In this document: positions 23,593-35,632 of the stretch, piece by piece | How positions within the stretch are numbered: the first letter of the stretch is position 1 | Layout: every line of letters starts with the position of its first letter | Assembly: GCF_001194135.2 (NCBI RefSeq) | Contig: NC_068999.1 | Span: 24,683,069 to 24,730,138, forward strand | Length of the DNA: 47,070 nucleotides | Reading direction: 5' to 3' | Source of the DNA: Octopus bimaculoides | Taxonomy: Eukaryota | The notes under the pieces: model-generated | Database searches by the model: none | Seen by the model: the letters and a program-made list of their open reading frames with translations, nothing else | Told to the model about the DNA's origin: nothing | Made by a program: the position numbers and the translations under genes

Positions 23593-24648
23593 NNNNNNNN
23601 NNNNNNNNNNNNNNNNNNNNNNNNNNNNNNNNNNNNNNNNNNNNNNNNNNNNNNNNNNNNNNNNNNNNNNNNNNNNNNNNNNNNNNNNNNNNNNNNNNNN
23701 NNNNNNNNNNNNNNNNNNNNNNNNNNNNNNNNNNNNNNNNNNNNNNNNNNNNNNNNNNNNNNNNNNNNNNNNNNNNNNNNNNNNNNNNNNNNNNNNNNNN
23801 NNNNNNNNNNNNNNNNNNNNNNNNNNNNNNNNNNNNNNNNNNNNNNNNNNNNNNNNNNNNNNNNNNNNNNNNNNNNNNNNNNNNNNNNNNNNNNNNNNNN
23901 NNNNNNNNNNNNNNNNNNNNNNNNNNNNNNNNNNNNNNNNNNNNNNNNNNNNNNNNNNNNNNNNNNNNNNNNNNNNNNNNNNNNNNNNNNNNNNNNNNNN
24001 NNNNNNNNNNNNNNNNNNNNNNNNNNNNNNNNNNNNNNNNNNNNNNNNNNNNNNNNNNNNNNNNNNNNNNNNNNNNNNNNNNNNNNNNNNNNNNNNNNNN
24101 NNNNNNNNNNNNNNNNNNNNNNNNNNNNNNNNNNNNNNNNNNNNNNNNNNNATATATATAACGATAATGATAGCTATCGAAATAATGAACTACATGTTTA
24201 ACATTTTAACGTTTATCCTGTAAGACGGAGAATGCTGAAATATACACAGCAAATCTAAGGATGATCTGTGATACTGATTAACAGATAATTTGAACAATCG
24301 TTGAGAGAGCCACAAACACAGAGAGGGGTGTGTAATTTATATACACAAACTGGGATCAGAGAGATCAGTGAAGCAAACGAATTAGGACTTCACGTGGTCT
24401 AGTTTGCTTCCTTATGATTTCTTTCGACTGCTGAATTCAAAATCGATATAGTATTTAATTCCTCCTTAACTTATAGTATACTTACAAATCAAAAACTACA
24501 TTTTATCATCTTTTTGGCGATGTCATGGATATTTTTTCTAAATTCGTTCTGAAAGATTCGAACGTGAAAATGCTAATCGCTGTTGTGTATGCCACGGAAA
24601 AACAACTTCTTTATAACGAATATGTGTTCATAGTGCACTTGACTCATT

Positions 24649-24966
24649 AAGGGATTCTGGGACACCGGTGCTTCGACAGAGTTGTGTTTCATCAGTCACA
24701 AGCACACGGACCAAGGAATATAACGAGAGCTGCTGGTTTTGTTTCTAATTTCAGTCAACAAACTGTTCGTTGGTCTGTGCTGATATCTGATATCTAATAG
24801 CTGACACATGGCGATTTATTACCGATTGAGAGATATCAGCTAGGGCCAGAGAACAGTTTGTTCGCTAAAATTATAAACAAGGCCATTGGCTCTTGTTAGA
24901 TTCATTAGTCTAGGTGCTTCTAGCTGACAAGACACATGTTAAAACACCGGCCTCCCAGAATCCTTT
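24649..24966. mobile_element. ~320-bp palindromic element with a decayed hammerhead near each outer end
   Basis: Arms about 70% identical by eye with a ~40-nt central loop; minus 24655-24701 reads CUGAUGA..GAAG caccggtg UC; plus 24918-24960 reads CUGACAA gaca-ca-tgtt AAAA caccggcc UC ccagaa. Confidence 0.75.
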
Positions 24967-25344
24967 GTACCAATGAAACGAGTGTGTTATGAACACAGTC
25001 GTTGTCAAGAGTAAGCTGTCTACAACAGAAATTAGTATATTCAAGTTGGAATCTGCCGGAGTGTTTAATATTAAAATGCAAGTCATCGTTTTAAATCTTG
25101 CTGTTCACCGCGCCTGTGATGATTTATTCTCATGTTTATGTCATATGGTTAAAAAGAAAATGAAGATCTAAAACAGACTGTATATATGTGTATATAGTGA
25201 TTGATTATTTATATCAGATTAAGATGCTAATGTCCCTTGTAATTTTAAGGATTAAAAAATATATTATGAAATAGTGTTAAGAGATCTATTAAGAAAGTAA
25301 AGAGTTATGTTAATCTTCCCCTTCAAGGTACCATCAGGTCAACG

Positions 25345-25800
25345 ATGTCCTCCTTGGCAAGCGCTCACAACTACGATCGGTTTGGGACTGTTCTCAGTAA
25401 GTGATATATAGATTAGTTGTCCATTTACTGTTTTAGCAACTCACTGCTGAGGCGGTCTCCCACACCAACACTTGCCAATCATGACAGTTCACTCGAGACT
25501 GTCGAATGGCTGGTGGCATATATGGTCAAAATATATCAGTTTTAGGTTGTGTCCAGTATTTACCAAGCTAGGTGGTTTTCCAGTTTGGTCTGGGAGGATG
25601 CGTTGGTCTTGCAGGGTGTCCATAGAATCTGCAGCTTGCGACACCAAAACTGCACCCATAGCTGTGGACTTCGCACTGTTGCTCAATGTTTGCTAGCCAT
25701 ACCTCGCAGTTGTACTGAACCACTAAGAGATCCGATTACTTCACCACTCATTTTGGGTGGCGATACGTCGTGATCTTTCCATGACAAGCTGAGATAAATG
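25345..25800 (-). pseudogene. RTE LINE ORF2 C-terminal relic
   Basis: Frameshifted motifs SWKDHDVS, WCRKLQILWTPCKTN and KLIYFDHIC...DSLE*TVMIGK...GRP. Confidence 0.68.
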
Positions 25801-28599
25801 ATTTGTGGATAGACAATGTTGAAGTAGTCTACTGTCATTCTAAGTGTTGTCAATTTAAAGATTAACAAATCTTCTGAACACAAGAAATCATTCTTTAAAA
25901 AGTATGTTACACCTAAATTTCTTTACTTATTTCTATGTCACCCTTGAACCAGTCTTCTAAACTTACTCTATTGTGAAACTAAATTCCTAACGAGCTGGAA
26001 TGGCGATCCCTTGCCAATATCCAATAATAACTATTTCGTTCAATAAACATCAGTAACGTTTGCAAGTTAACTCAATACGTGAAACAATTTCAACTTTTCT
26101 AAATCTGAGTTCTTGGATCTTTGAACGAAATTTCTTATATTGATAACATGAGAAATGTTTTCTGCATAAGACGTATAGTTAAGTGTACACTAGCATAATG
26201 TAATGAAATTTTAGTCAATTGAAATTATACCAGTAATGAAAAAACAAAAACCAATTGGTGTTAATAGCAATTCTTAACAATTCTCTCTCTCCTCTCTCGC
26301 ATCTCTCTCTCTCTCTCTCTATCACCTTCTAATACACACACTAGTAGTTGGTTTGTTTTACTGCCCTGTTCCAAGACAGAGAAATTGTCTATTGCTTCAC
26401 TCCCGTCTCTCTCTCTCTCTCTCTCTTCCTGTCAATCTCTTCTATGTCTGTCTGTCAGTCTCAGTTATCTCTCTTTCTCCTCTTTCTCTGTCATTACACA
26501 AACAAGAGCCACTTCCTATTCAAAGTGAGAAATCTATTATTACTGCTGTTAGCACTGATGATGCAATTGTTATTGCTGCTGTTGTTTTTATTGCTATTAA
26601 TGTTTATGTTAATACTGTTGCTGCTGCTGTTGTTGCTGCTGCTGTTGTTGTTGTTGTTGTCGTTACTAATAATTATAAAGATGGCTGAAACAACTAACAC
26701 AGTTGTTGCAACGACAAGAATGCCACTGTCTCAAATTGACACAGGTTCACAAATTTATAAATGGGGGTAGGTTCCCTTCAATTACATAAATACATAAACG
26801 GTACATATTGTGTCGGCTGCAGACAGTGGATGAAAGACGAAGTCAACATTCGCATGATTTGAACTCGTGATTTAAAATATTGATTTTCAAAATAGGTAGA
26901 AGGCTTCGTTTTTTTCCCTTTTTTCCCGTAGTCGATTAAGTTGAGCCTTCTCTTCGACTATATCTTATCCCCCCACCTTCTCTTCTAAATTGGTCCTTAT
27001 TTTATCGACCCTTGACCGTGTCCATTATTTTCATGTCCATTTCGGGAATCAGTGGGCAAAACATATGAAACATACAGGTAGTGCTTATTTTCAGGTAGTT
27101 ACTTTGTATTCGCTTCGTTGGTAGAGAGCTTATTAGAATTCACTTCCAAAAGGTTGTTGTTAGTTTTTTATTCAGAGGCAGCCGTCTTATGGAGTTGGGA
27201 CCTCTGTTGGATAACTAAAACACACCTTTGTCCAACAGCATGCTTTCTATCACGAAAGCCTACTTTAGTAAATACAAGTTCATGTACTTTTACACTTTGA
27301 CAGCTTTCTGTGACTGATGAAGTTGGTGTGGATGGTGTCAGCTTCAATTTATGTTGGTCAATATACGAAGAAAAAAAAAACGGAGTTTGTAAGATCAAGG
27401 GTCTTGTCGGTAGAAGAGAGAGAGAGAGAGAGAGAGAGAGTGACAGACAGACAGAAACTGAGGGAGAGAGAGGGAGTATATACGTGAGTAAGTGACCTGG
27501 ATGGCCTATTTTTTTGTCGATACTTATGTCATACCAGATTTCTAAGCTGAAAACCTCATGTGAGTTATATTTGTACTTATAGAGAGTCAACAACTATTCA
27601 GGACAACTAAACTTTCTGATATGCATTTTTGGCAATTTTGTAAATGTCTTCTCATCATGTAACTCATCAGAAAATTTGAGAACATTTTTAATGAGGGTTT
27701 TAGCTGTGAGCTGTTCATGAGTAGAGAATGAATAGTATTTCAAGATTGATTTATTGATATGTGTTCTGACTGCTTCTTGGTTCTGTTGAATGAGAACAGG
27801 TTGTTAATGTCCTCATTGTTGGATATTTAGGGTGATATTCGTATACATGATAGACTCGTATGCTTTGGTTGTAGGAATGACGCTTTTATGGGGAGTTTAA
27901 AAAAGAGTGGAAGTTATCATTTATCCGGATGCATAGTAACTAGACGTAACAGTATACATAGTAAGTAGAGAGAACGAAAAACTTTGAGTCAACTGAATCA
28001 AAGTCTTGGGGCACCAGTCCAATACACTTAATAGACAACAAACTACTATTAAGCAAAGAGCACTCTCTTACATGCTGGGTTAAAACATATTTGTCAATTT
28101 CAGTCATCGACTTTTGACAATTGAGGCCAGAATCTTTGATTATACCGTAATGCAAATTCCTCTTTAAGAATCTGTTGAATTGAAATGTGTGACATCTCGT
28201 AGCCTATGCTACTCGATATTGTGAAATATTACTATCTCTCAGAAAATGCCATAAAGTAAACTCAAGAGCCGAAGAACAGCTAGCGACAACCTCGATAGTT
28301 TTCTTTTATCAGCTTGACCGAATCAGTTCTCGTATAATGTGTACTCTCTGCTAAGAGGAACAGTATCATTCACCCACGACTATGGGTGAATATATTCTTA
28401 AGGTTAACATTTAATCACTCGCGAGCTGTTCTAGATTTCACCACTAATTCAGTTCTCAACCAAATTTAATGCAGTTTTTTGTTTTTAGTAATGATGGTTC
28501 AGTACTAAGCTACATTGGAAATAAAATAATTGAAATTTGGTTCATTAAAAAAAGAAGTTAAGCCAAAATATGTGAGATGAAAATGGGAGAGTAAGGCGA

Positions 28600-28960
28600 A
28601 AAATTGACTCCGAATGAAAATATCTCAGTTATTTTAAAAGAAAAGTATGGATTATTTGGGTTTAAAAGAATATGCTCATTGAGAAGAATCTTCAAGTGAA
28701 AACCTCGTTAGAAAATATTAACTATGAAAACAGTAGTGTGACTTTAAGTGACGAAAAAATCGTAAGTAACCCCCAAAATTGACTTTAAATCAAAATATCT
28801 CGGCTATAGTAAAACAGAATTATACAATAGTTGTGTTGATATAAAAAATTTCTTTGAGAGGAATCCTGTGGTAAAAATCTCGACAAAAGATATTAGCTAC
28901 AAAAACGTGGTACAGCGTTAAGTGACAAAAAACAGGTGACCATTTTAACAAATCAAAATA
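28600..28960. repeat. Degenerate tandem repeat, ~165-175-bp period, about 2.2 units
   Basis: Recurring aaaattgact..aaaatatctc, ttgaga.gaatc and ttaagtgac.aaaaa at 28600 and 28775, partial at ~28940. Confidence 0.6.
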
Positions 28961-29255
28961 TTTTTGTCATGTTAAGATATTTAACATTATAAAAGAGTGT
29001 AGCGGCTGTCAAGGGTCATCTAGCTTAACCAACATTTGAAAGATACAGGTTTCGATTCTCTGTAGCGGTCTGCTGGTCGCTTTTTTTAAAAAACTCCTTT
29101 TTCTATTTTCTTCCCGATCTTCCAAACTGTTTTCACTGCTATTTTGCGTTTGAGATTTCCTTTATTTCTAGTAAAATACCAACTCACTCGGCGCTTGAAA
29201 GTTTGTTCATAGAAATAGATATATTGAAACTATCAAAACAAGCACTTTGTGTATA

Positions 29256-29862
29256 AATGATGTTGTTGCTGTTAGTGAACATTTTTATCATCAATTACAA
29301 GCTACATTGAATAAAGTGTCTTTGACAAAATATAATCCAATTTGTTGCAACATCACACATTAACTTTGGAGAATAGAGTATCAACAAAGAGGGGCTCCTC
29401 ACGTTCATAGGAAAATTAGGATGGATCAAACACTTATTTAAGACAAAGATTCTCTAGAAAACATTCAAAAATTTATTGAACAATATATTCCTTGCAGATT
29501 GCCATGTTCGTATCTAGCTCTTTCGCAATTTGTTCAGCCGTTGCAAATGCATTCAAGTAGCAAAACTTTCTAGAGAAGTTATGGAAAAGGAAAAAATGTG
29601 ATCCGAAAATGTCGATATGGCTTTCCTAAGGCTGAAGATTCAATTCCTTCCCCGTTGCTGAAAGTATCAAATTAAGAAGAAATGGGAAAGATGTTAAAAG
29701 GCTTCATCAACTTCAAAGAAAATCATCCAGAGAAAAATTATCAGTGATTAATATGGCAGGCAAATGTTGGCTGTCATTATATTGGAGAAAATAGTATGAC
29801 GTTAACCAGAAATGTGATTAGCTGCCAAACAAAAGCCGAGAGAAATGAAGCTGAAGGTATTT
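29256..29862 (+). pseudogene. Helentron/Helitron Rep (HUH endonuclease) domain relic
   Basis: WRIEYQQRGAPHVH at 29367-29408 (HUH motif), LQMHS..KCRYGFP in the same frame, then IWQANV..YIGENS..TKAER (decayed motif 3); stops and frameshifts. Confidence 0.88.
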
Positions 29863-30213
29863 GAGAAAATTTGTTTTCATATTTTAGTTTTGCATTTTAT
29901 TGCAAATTTCTTTGTATTAAGCTAAAATATTTGTCATATGTTTAGTATTACTAGAATGAAAAACTATACAGATGAATATAAGTAATTATAATAACAGAAG
30001 TGTTGCCTCTAAATAAAAAGTGGATTAGAATGAAAAATGCGGGCGCAGAGTGAAGAAATATTCTGAGACATTGAACCTGGAAAAGCACAGGACAAGGTAA
30101 AAAGAAACAAAAACTTAAAATATTGTTGCTGAAGTCAGAGTTTAAAAACTAAAATAGTAATAAATGCCCTTTATATTTTTTATTTTCACTGAAGTTCAAT
30201 CTAATAAATTCTC

Positions 30214-30280
30214 GAGCCTTGTGAGTGGATTTGCTACACGGAAACTGAAAGAAGCCTGTGGTATATATATATATATATAC
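30214..30280 (+). mobile_element. SINE family B middle fragment
   Basis: gagccttgtgagtggattt...ggaaactgaaagaagcc followed by (TA)n. Confidence 0.75.
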
Positions 30281-30472
30281 TAAAAATGAGGTGGGCCCGG
30301 TTTGTGGGATTGCCTTGGGTTTCCCGTCCATAAAGGGTTTAGTTTTATGGCATATCGTCAGATCCCAAACAGGAGGTCTTGGGCGAACAGGTTTTGGAAT
30401 ATGACGATACGCTAAACTCTTTATGGACGGGAAGCCTGGGGTGGTCTCATAGGCCGGCTTTCCCCATTTTGA
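30281..30472 (+). repeat. ~190-bp hairpin element with G-U-biased arms
   Basis: 30283-30342 is inverted relative to 30412-30470; flanked by the direct repeat atatatac (30273-30280, 30473-30480). Confidence 0.85.
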
Positions 30473-30532
30473 ATATATACTGCTCTATATCTTAGAGGGT
30501 GCCTCTTCTTTCGGATTTATGTTCTCTACAAA

Positions 30533-30603
<71 letters not shown>

Positions 30604-31885
30604 TACANNNNNNNNNNNNNNNNNNNNNNNNNNNNNNNNNNNNNNNNNNNNNNNNNNNNNNNNNNNNNNNNNNNNNNNNNNNNNNNNNNNNNNNNNNNNN
30701 NNNNNNNNNNNNNNNNNNNNNNNNNNNNNNNNNNNNNNNNNNNNNNNNNNNNNNNNNNNNNNNNNNNNNNNNNNNNNNNNNNNNNNNNNNNNNNNNNNNN
30801 NNNNNNNNNNNNNNNNNNNNNNNNNNNNNNNNNNNNNNNNNNNNNNNNNNNNNNNNNNNNNNNNNNNNNNNNNNNNNNNNNNNNNNNNNNNNNNNNNNNN
30901 NNNNNNNNNNNNNNNNNNNNNNNNNNNNNNNNNNNNNNNNNNNNNNNNNNNNNNNNNNNNNNNNNNNNNNNNNNNNNNNNNNNNNNNNNNNNNNNNNNNN
31001 NNNNNNNNNNNNNNNNNNNNNNNNNNNNNNNNNNNNNNNNNNNNNNNNNNNNTTTAAATATATTCTTCTGACTGTAAATAGAAAATACTTTGTTATCTGA
31101 TAATGCAAACTTTAAAGAAATTAATTCTTTTGTTTCTTTAAAAAAATTATCTTCTTAACATTTTCTACTCTTATTTTTGAATTACAAATATTCGACATTA
31201 GTTTAATTTTAACACAATATCTATGATTAAAAATTTTTGGATAAGAAAATAAAATTAAAAAATGATATAATACTAAAAATAAGACAGAAATGTTTTAGCT
31301 ATAGACAAACAAATTTTTAAGTCAAAAATATCAATAAAATTTTTTTTTAATGCAGTAAAAAGCAAAAAGAATATAAAAAACAAAAACGTACTTACACTAT
31401 TTGTTGAACAATTTCAGAAATTTATTTAGTAAATTCTAACTACAGCAACAATGCTTTGAGTTCTTTTCTTCTTAACCTCTACTTTTCTCGCAGGTTCAGT
31501 ACTTAAGAATATTATAGCACTTTGCACCCGCTATTTTCATTTTATTAATCTTTAGTTAAGGCACACACTGGATTATATTTCCAGCATACTACAGATTTAG
31601 GAAAAGTTAAGGGACTCATAAAAAGAAAAAGAATCGTGGTGTGATTTTGGCTGAAAACTTTTATCTTGTTTCCTTGCATGCTCTTTGGGTAAATTCTAAG
31701 AGTTGGATATTCTGGACAGAATAACTGAATGCAGCAGAGTTGCTTTGTTTCTTTTTCATTGGTGCTTTGTTTGAGGGCACTCTTGATTCAAAGTATCGGG
31801 ATTTTCGATATTTTTAGGGAATAGTTTCTGGAGAAAGGGGCTATGTCACAAGTTTTACATCCTTTCGAAGCAGGTTGATCGAGTA

Positions 31886-32073
31886 ATGTTCTTGTACAAG
31901 TGCATATTAACAGTTACACGAGAAACATGGGCAAAGACTAAATTCCATCATATTGGTGTTCTGGGTGAGGGAAATATTAGATAAAAAAAAAATGGACTGT
32001 GCAAAGTCTAGAGAAAGTAGATACACAAAATGAGAGGCGGAAGGAGAAATAAATACGTAGTTTGGACTTGGGT
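31886..32073 (+). repeat. ~190-bp direct repeat, copy 1 (copy 2 at 34047-34240)
   Basis: About 90% identical by eye, 2.16 kb apart. Confidence 0.92.
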
Positions 32074-32535
32074 AGTGGTGGCACGAGGACAACCAGCTTC
32101 TGAGGTTAGAGTATGTGTCAGTGATTCCATGCCATCAATTTAATAATGGCTTTATGTACTCTTCAATGCTGTTAGACATTTAAAAAAAAATAATAACTAA
32201 CAAAAACCTAACTACGGAGAAAATAAGGAAAGAAAATATGTATCTTCTCAGCTCAACCATTTCACCTCTCAAGTCAACTCTAATGTGCTTAACTCTTTAT
32301 ACAAAGGGTCCGATAACTTTCCGAATATTGCATGCATATTTCCTAAGGATGATATAATTAATGGAAACCAAAGAAATAATTCAATAGTGTTATATCTTCA
32401 TTTCTCTGACTCACAAGCTGTGTATCACCTGACACATCTAGCTCTACCTCTATAGTCATCACAGACTCATCCAATTATTTTTCCTTCAAACCACAATCCT
32501 CTGGAATTCACACTGTGTTCTCTTTCTCCCTACAG

Positions 32536-32637
32536 ATATCGATTGCAGAAGTTCAAGCCGGGCATCAACCACACCGACCTAGTCAACCTGACAGATCCTG
32601 CAGCGGTTCCGAACATTGTCTTTCTCTCTATGACTAA
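32536..32637 (+). CDS. Candidate terminal exon of an unidentified host gene (frame unresolved)
   Basis: Strong acceptor ctgtgttctctttctccctacag|; ~100-bp GC-enriched non-repetitive island; followed by AT-rich UTR-like sequence. Confidence 0.4.
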   Translation: MSIAEVQAGHQPHRPSQPDRSCSGSEHCLSLYD

Positions 32638-33662
32638 AAAAAAAGATTTTTTTAAATAATTTATTCTTTATATATTTGAATATTTGCGCCTATGTGCTAA
32701 ATAATTTACGTTTCTTTTGCGCTTTTGATGCATAAAACATACTTCTTGATTGAAGCTCTTGGTTTATAATAACCTGTTTATTGATATAAGTATTACAATT
32801 TAAATCTTCTTTGTATGACATTCTTTAAAAATGTATATTTGTAGTGTATAACCACCATCACCGCCTAATATTTTAAAAAAGAACACTTCTGAGCTTATTA
32901 TTTACAGAGAATATTAAATAATGCCTTCTTCTATTGAATAACATGTTTTTGCAAGTTTAGGGGCAAGTTATCGATTCTTATTCCATCTTTCCCATATTAC
33001 GTCAAATTCTGACCCTTTGGGATTTGAAATTCAAATTAGGCAGCCTAGTCAGCCCTCCACACTCTTCATCCTCTCCAACGCCCTAAAATGAACAGATTGC
33101 AACATTAATTGGAAGTCTGTTGTTAAGTCAGATAAAATACTAATGATATTGCAACAGATATAAACTTTATCAGAACAAATCGCTAACTTAGTTAAAAACG
33201 TTCGTATTTCACCTTTCTTTATTTACTGACCTATGTGGTAAATTAGAATCATTATCATTATCAGTAGGATCGATCACTTCAGAATTGATCCATAACTTGG
33301 ATTATACTGTATGCGCGCGCACACAAAGATACATATACACATACAAAAAATATCAACAAGAATAGAAGATCGATTTAGAATATTTCCAAACTTCTTAACA
33401 GTTTACATCACTTCTAGTGTCCTAACACTAAATTCGCTAGAGTTAGAAATTAACTTTCTATTCCCAAGTTAGAAATAACAATATTAAATGGATATTTACA
33501 CAGTTCTTAGTAGTTTTGGTATCAGGCTGTAGACATTCCAATTTACTTCCAACAACTGGTTTTTCTCCTTTTATTCATGTATGATTCAGTTTAATTCATG
33601 TATGTGTATAGAAAAGGCAGATGTGGGAGAGACAACAGTAAGACGTGCGCGCGCGCACGCAC

Positions 33663-33741
<79 letters not shown>

Positions 33742-34046
33742 TCTCCTTTACTTCTTACGTACCACCAGAAAGTTAACTTGTGCCACGTATGTATTTCAGT
33801 GTAGTTAAATAGAGCATATTTACTTCTTTAGGTTCGTAAAATACAAGTTTAAATGAGATAGTAATTCACACAAATTTAAGTAAGAATTATATTTTGAAAC
33901 TCAGTGATGCAGCCCCAAAACAATTCCCTAGTTCCCACGTGTAGAGTGAACGGGAAATATCACTGAAATAAAATTTAAGATCAAAATTCGTAATTTCTAT
34001 CCTGGTGGAGTAAAGATATGGCAAATAAATGCCTTGTTCAGCATTT

Positions 34047-34240
34047 ATGTTCTTGTACAAGTGCATATTGACAGTTACACGAGAAACCTGGGCAAAGAGT
34101 AAATTCCATCAAATTGGTGTTCTGGGTGAGGGAAATATTAGATTAAAAAATGGACAGTGCAAAGTCTAGAGAAAGTAGATACACAGTATGAGAGGCGGAT
34201 GGAGAAATAAATACGTAGTCTGGTATACCATTACTTGGGT
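34047..34240 (+). repeat. ~190-bp direct repeat, copy 2
   Basis: Matches 31886-32073, with a 9-bp insertion near the 3' end. Confidence 0.92.
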
Positions 34241-34549
34241 GCGCTACAAATTAGCCTGCTTACAATCGGTGCGCTACCAACCGGTGAAATTGGCTCCTAT
34301 TTATTAATATGGAATGTCAACACTGTTGCAGACATGTTGGACTTCCTTGTTCATAATCATCTTTGTAGCTCACAGCTGTTTGTTTTAATTTTTTATATTT
34401 TGAAATAAACAGTCAATATACTCAACTTACTGCCAGGCAAAACAAAATAATTTAATGGATGTAGTTTGTTGTAGTGTGATTTAAGTGTTTACGTATCGCG
34501 AGCTGAAGCAGTTTTTCAGTTTTATAATATACCTTAATATACCTTATTG

Positions 34550-34644
<95 letters not shown>

Positions 34645-34807
34645 AACAAACGCGCACACACACACACATACACACTCACACACACACACACACACACATA
34701 GTTAAGTTCATCAACCAAAGGTTTGCATTTCATAATTCCTGATTTCTTCTATAATTGAAATTTTTGTTGTTGTTTGAAATAGTTGTGATCACCATTGTTA
34801 TGATATC

Positions 34808-34940
34808 CAGCGACCGGCATGAGGCAGTGTGCCGAGTGACATCACAGAGTTTACTTCGTAAGTTGTGAAATTAGTGTTTTTGTGATCACGTGTATGTTGT
34901 AGTCTGCGATTTTGTCATGGACAGGAAGCTGGAACATAGC
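34808..34940 (+). mobile_element. Mariner 5' UTR and ORF-start fragment
   Basis: gttgtgaaattagtgtttttgtgatcacg...gtcATGGACAGGAAGCTGGAACA (MDRKLE) resembles mariner starts from memory. Confidence 0.45.
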
Positions 34941-35193
34941 TAGTCAAGGAACTTTTTGATACCACCTCATATATTGCCAACAGTTTCGCAACCCACCAAA
35001 TTAAGAACACTAGTTTACATTATTAGTCTTCATCGGGCTGTATTTATTAGGACTTGGCACTTTGTGAATTATGACTTGTATACTTTGTGAATTATGTACC
35101 TCTGTGGAGTTTCTTGTTCCTGCATTGCAGAGAGATAACCTTTCCTGGTTTTGGTCGGCTACGTAGAAGCTGCCAATATTCCTTAAAGAGTAA

Positions 35194-35408
35194 GGCGGGG
35201 AGCTGGCAGAATCGTTAGCACACCAGGCAAAATGTTTAGCGGCATTTCGTCCGTCTCTACATTCTGAGATCAAATACCGCCGAGGTCGACTTTGCCTTTC
35301 GTGGATGGGAGTCCATAAAATAAGTACCAATTGAGCACAGGGATCGATCTAATCAACCTAATCCCTCTTCCGAAACTACTGGTCCTGTACCAAAATTTGA
35401 AACCAATA
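35194..35408 (+). mobile_element. SINE family A with 13-bp TSD
   Basis: aatattccttaaa at 35175-35187 and 35409-35421; 6 extra nt (gagtaa) before the head. Confidence 0.92.
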
Positions 35409-35632
35409 AATATTCCTTAAAAACTGGTCTGTTCAGTTTTTATTTGTTGCTTTCTTTTTAAGTTAATCAGTTCGCATATAACACATTTCATGCTTACAAC
35501 CTTCAGCAAGATAGTCGTTTCTCTGCTAAAGATGTTGCTTTGGCATCACAATGCGATCCAGGTATATTATTGATACAATTTCAGATTCTCTACCTCTCTT
35601 CTTATCACGAAAATATAAGTATTTGTTTCCAG

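Noticed and set aside
24647-24968. Kolobok/TTAA MITE interpretation of the palindrome
   Set aside because: TTAA is present only on the left; hammerhead remnants in both arms explain the ends better.
27493-27890. Long A-rich minus-strand frame, possible L1/Tx1 relic (a similar case at 37550-38020)
   Set aside because: No diagnostic motif could be identified by eye; needs tBLASTn.
28368-28391. 9-bp hairpin attcaccca-cgacta-tgggtgaat as a Helitron 3' end
   Set aside because: No CTRR terminus at the expected distance.
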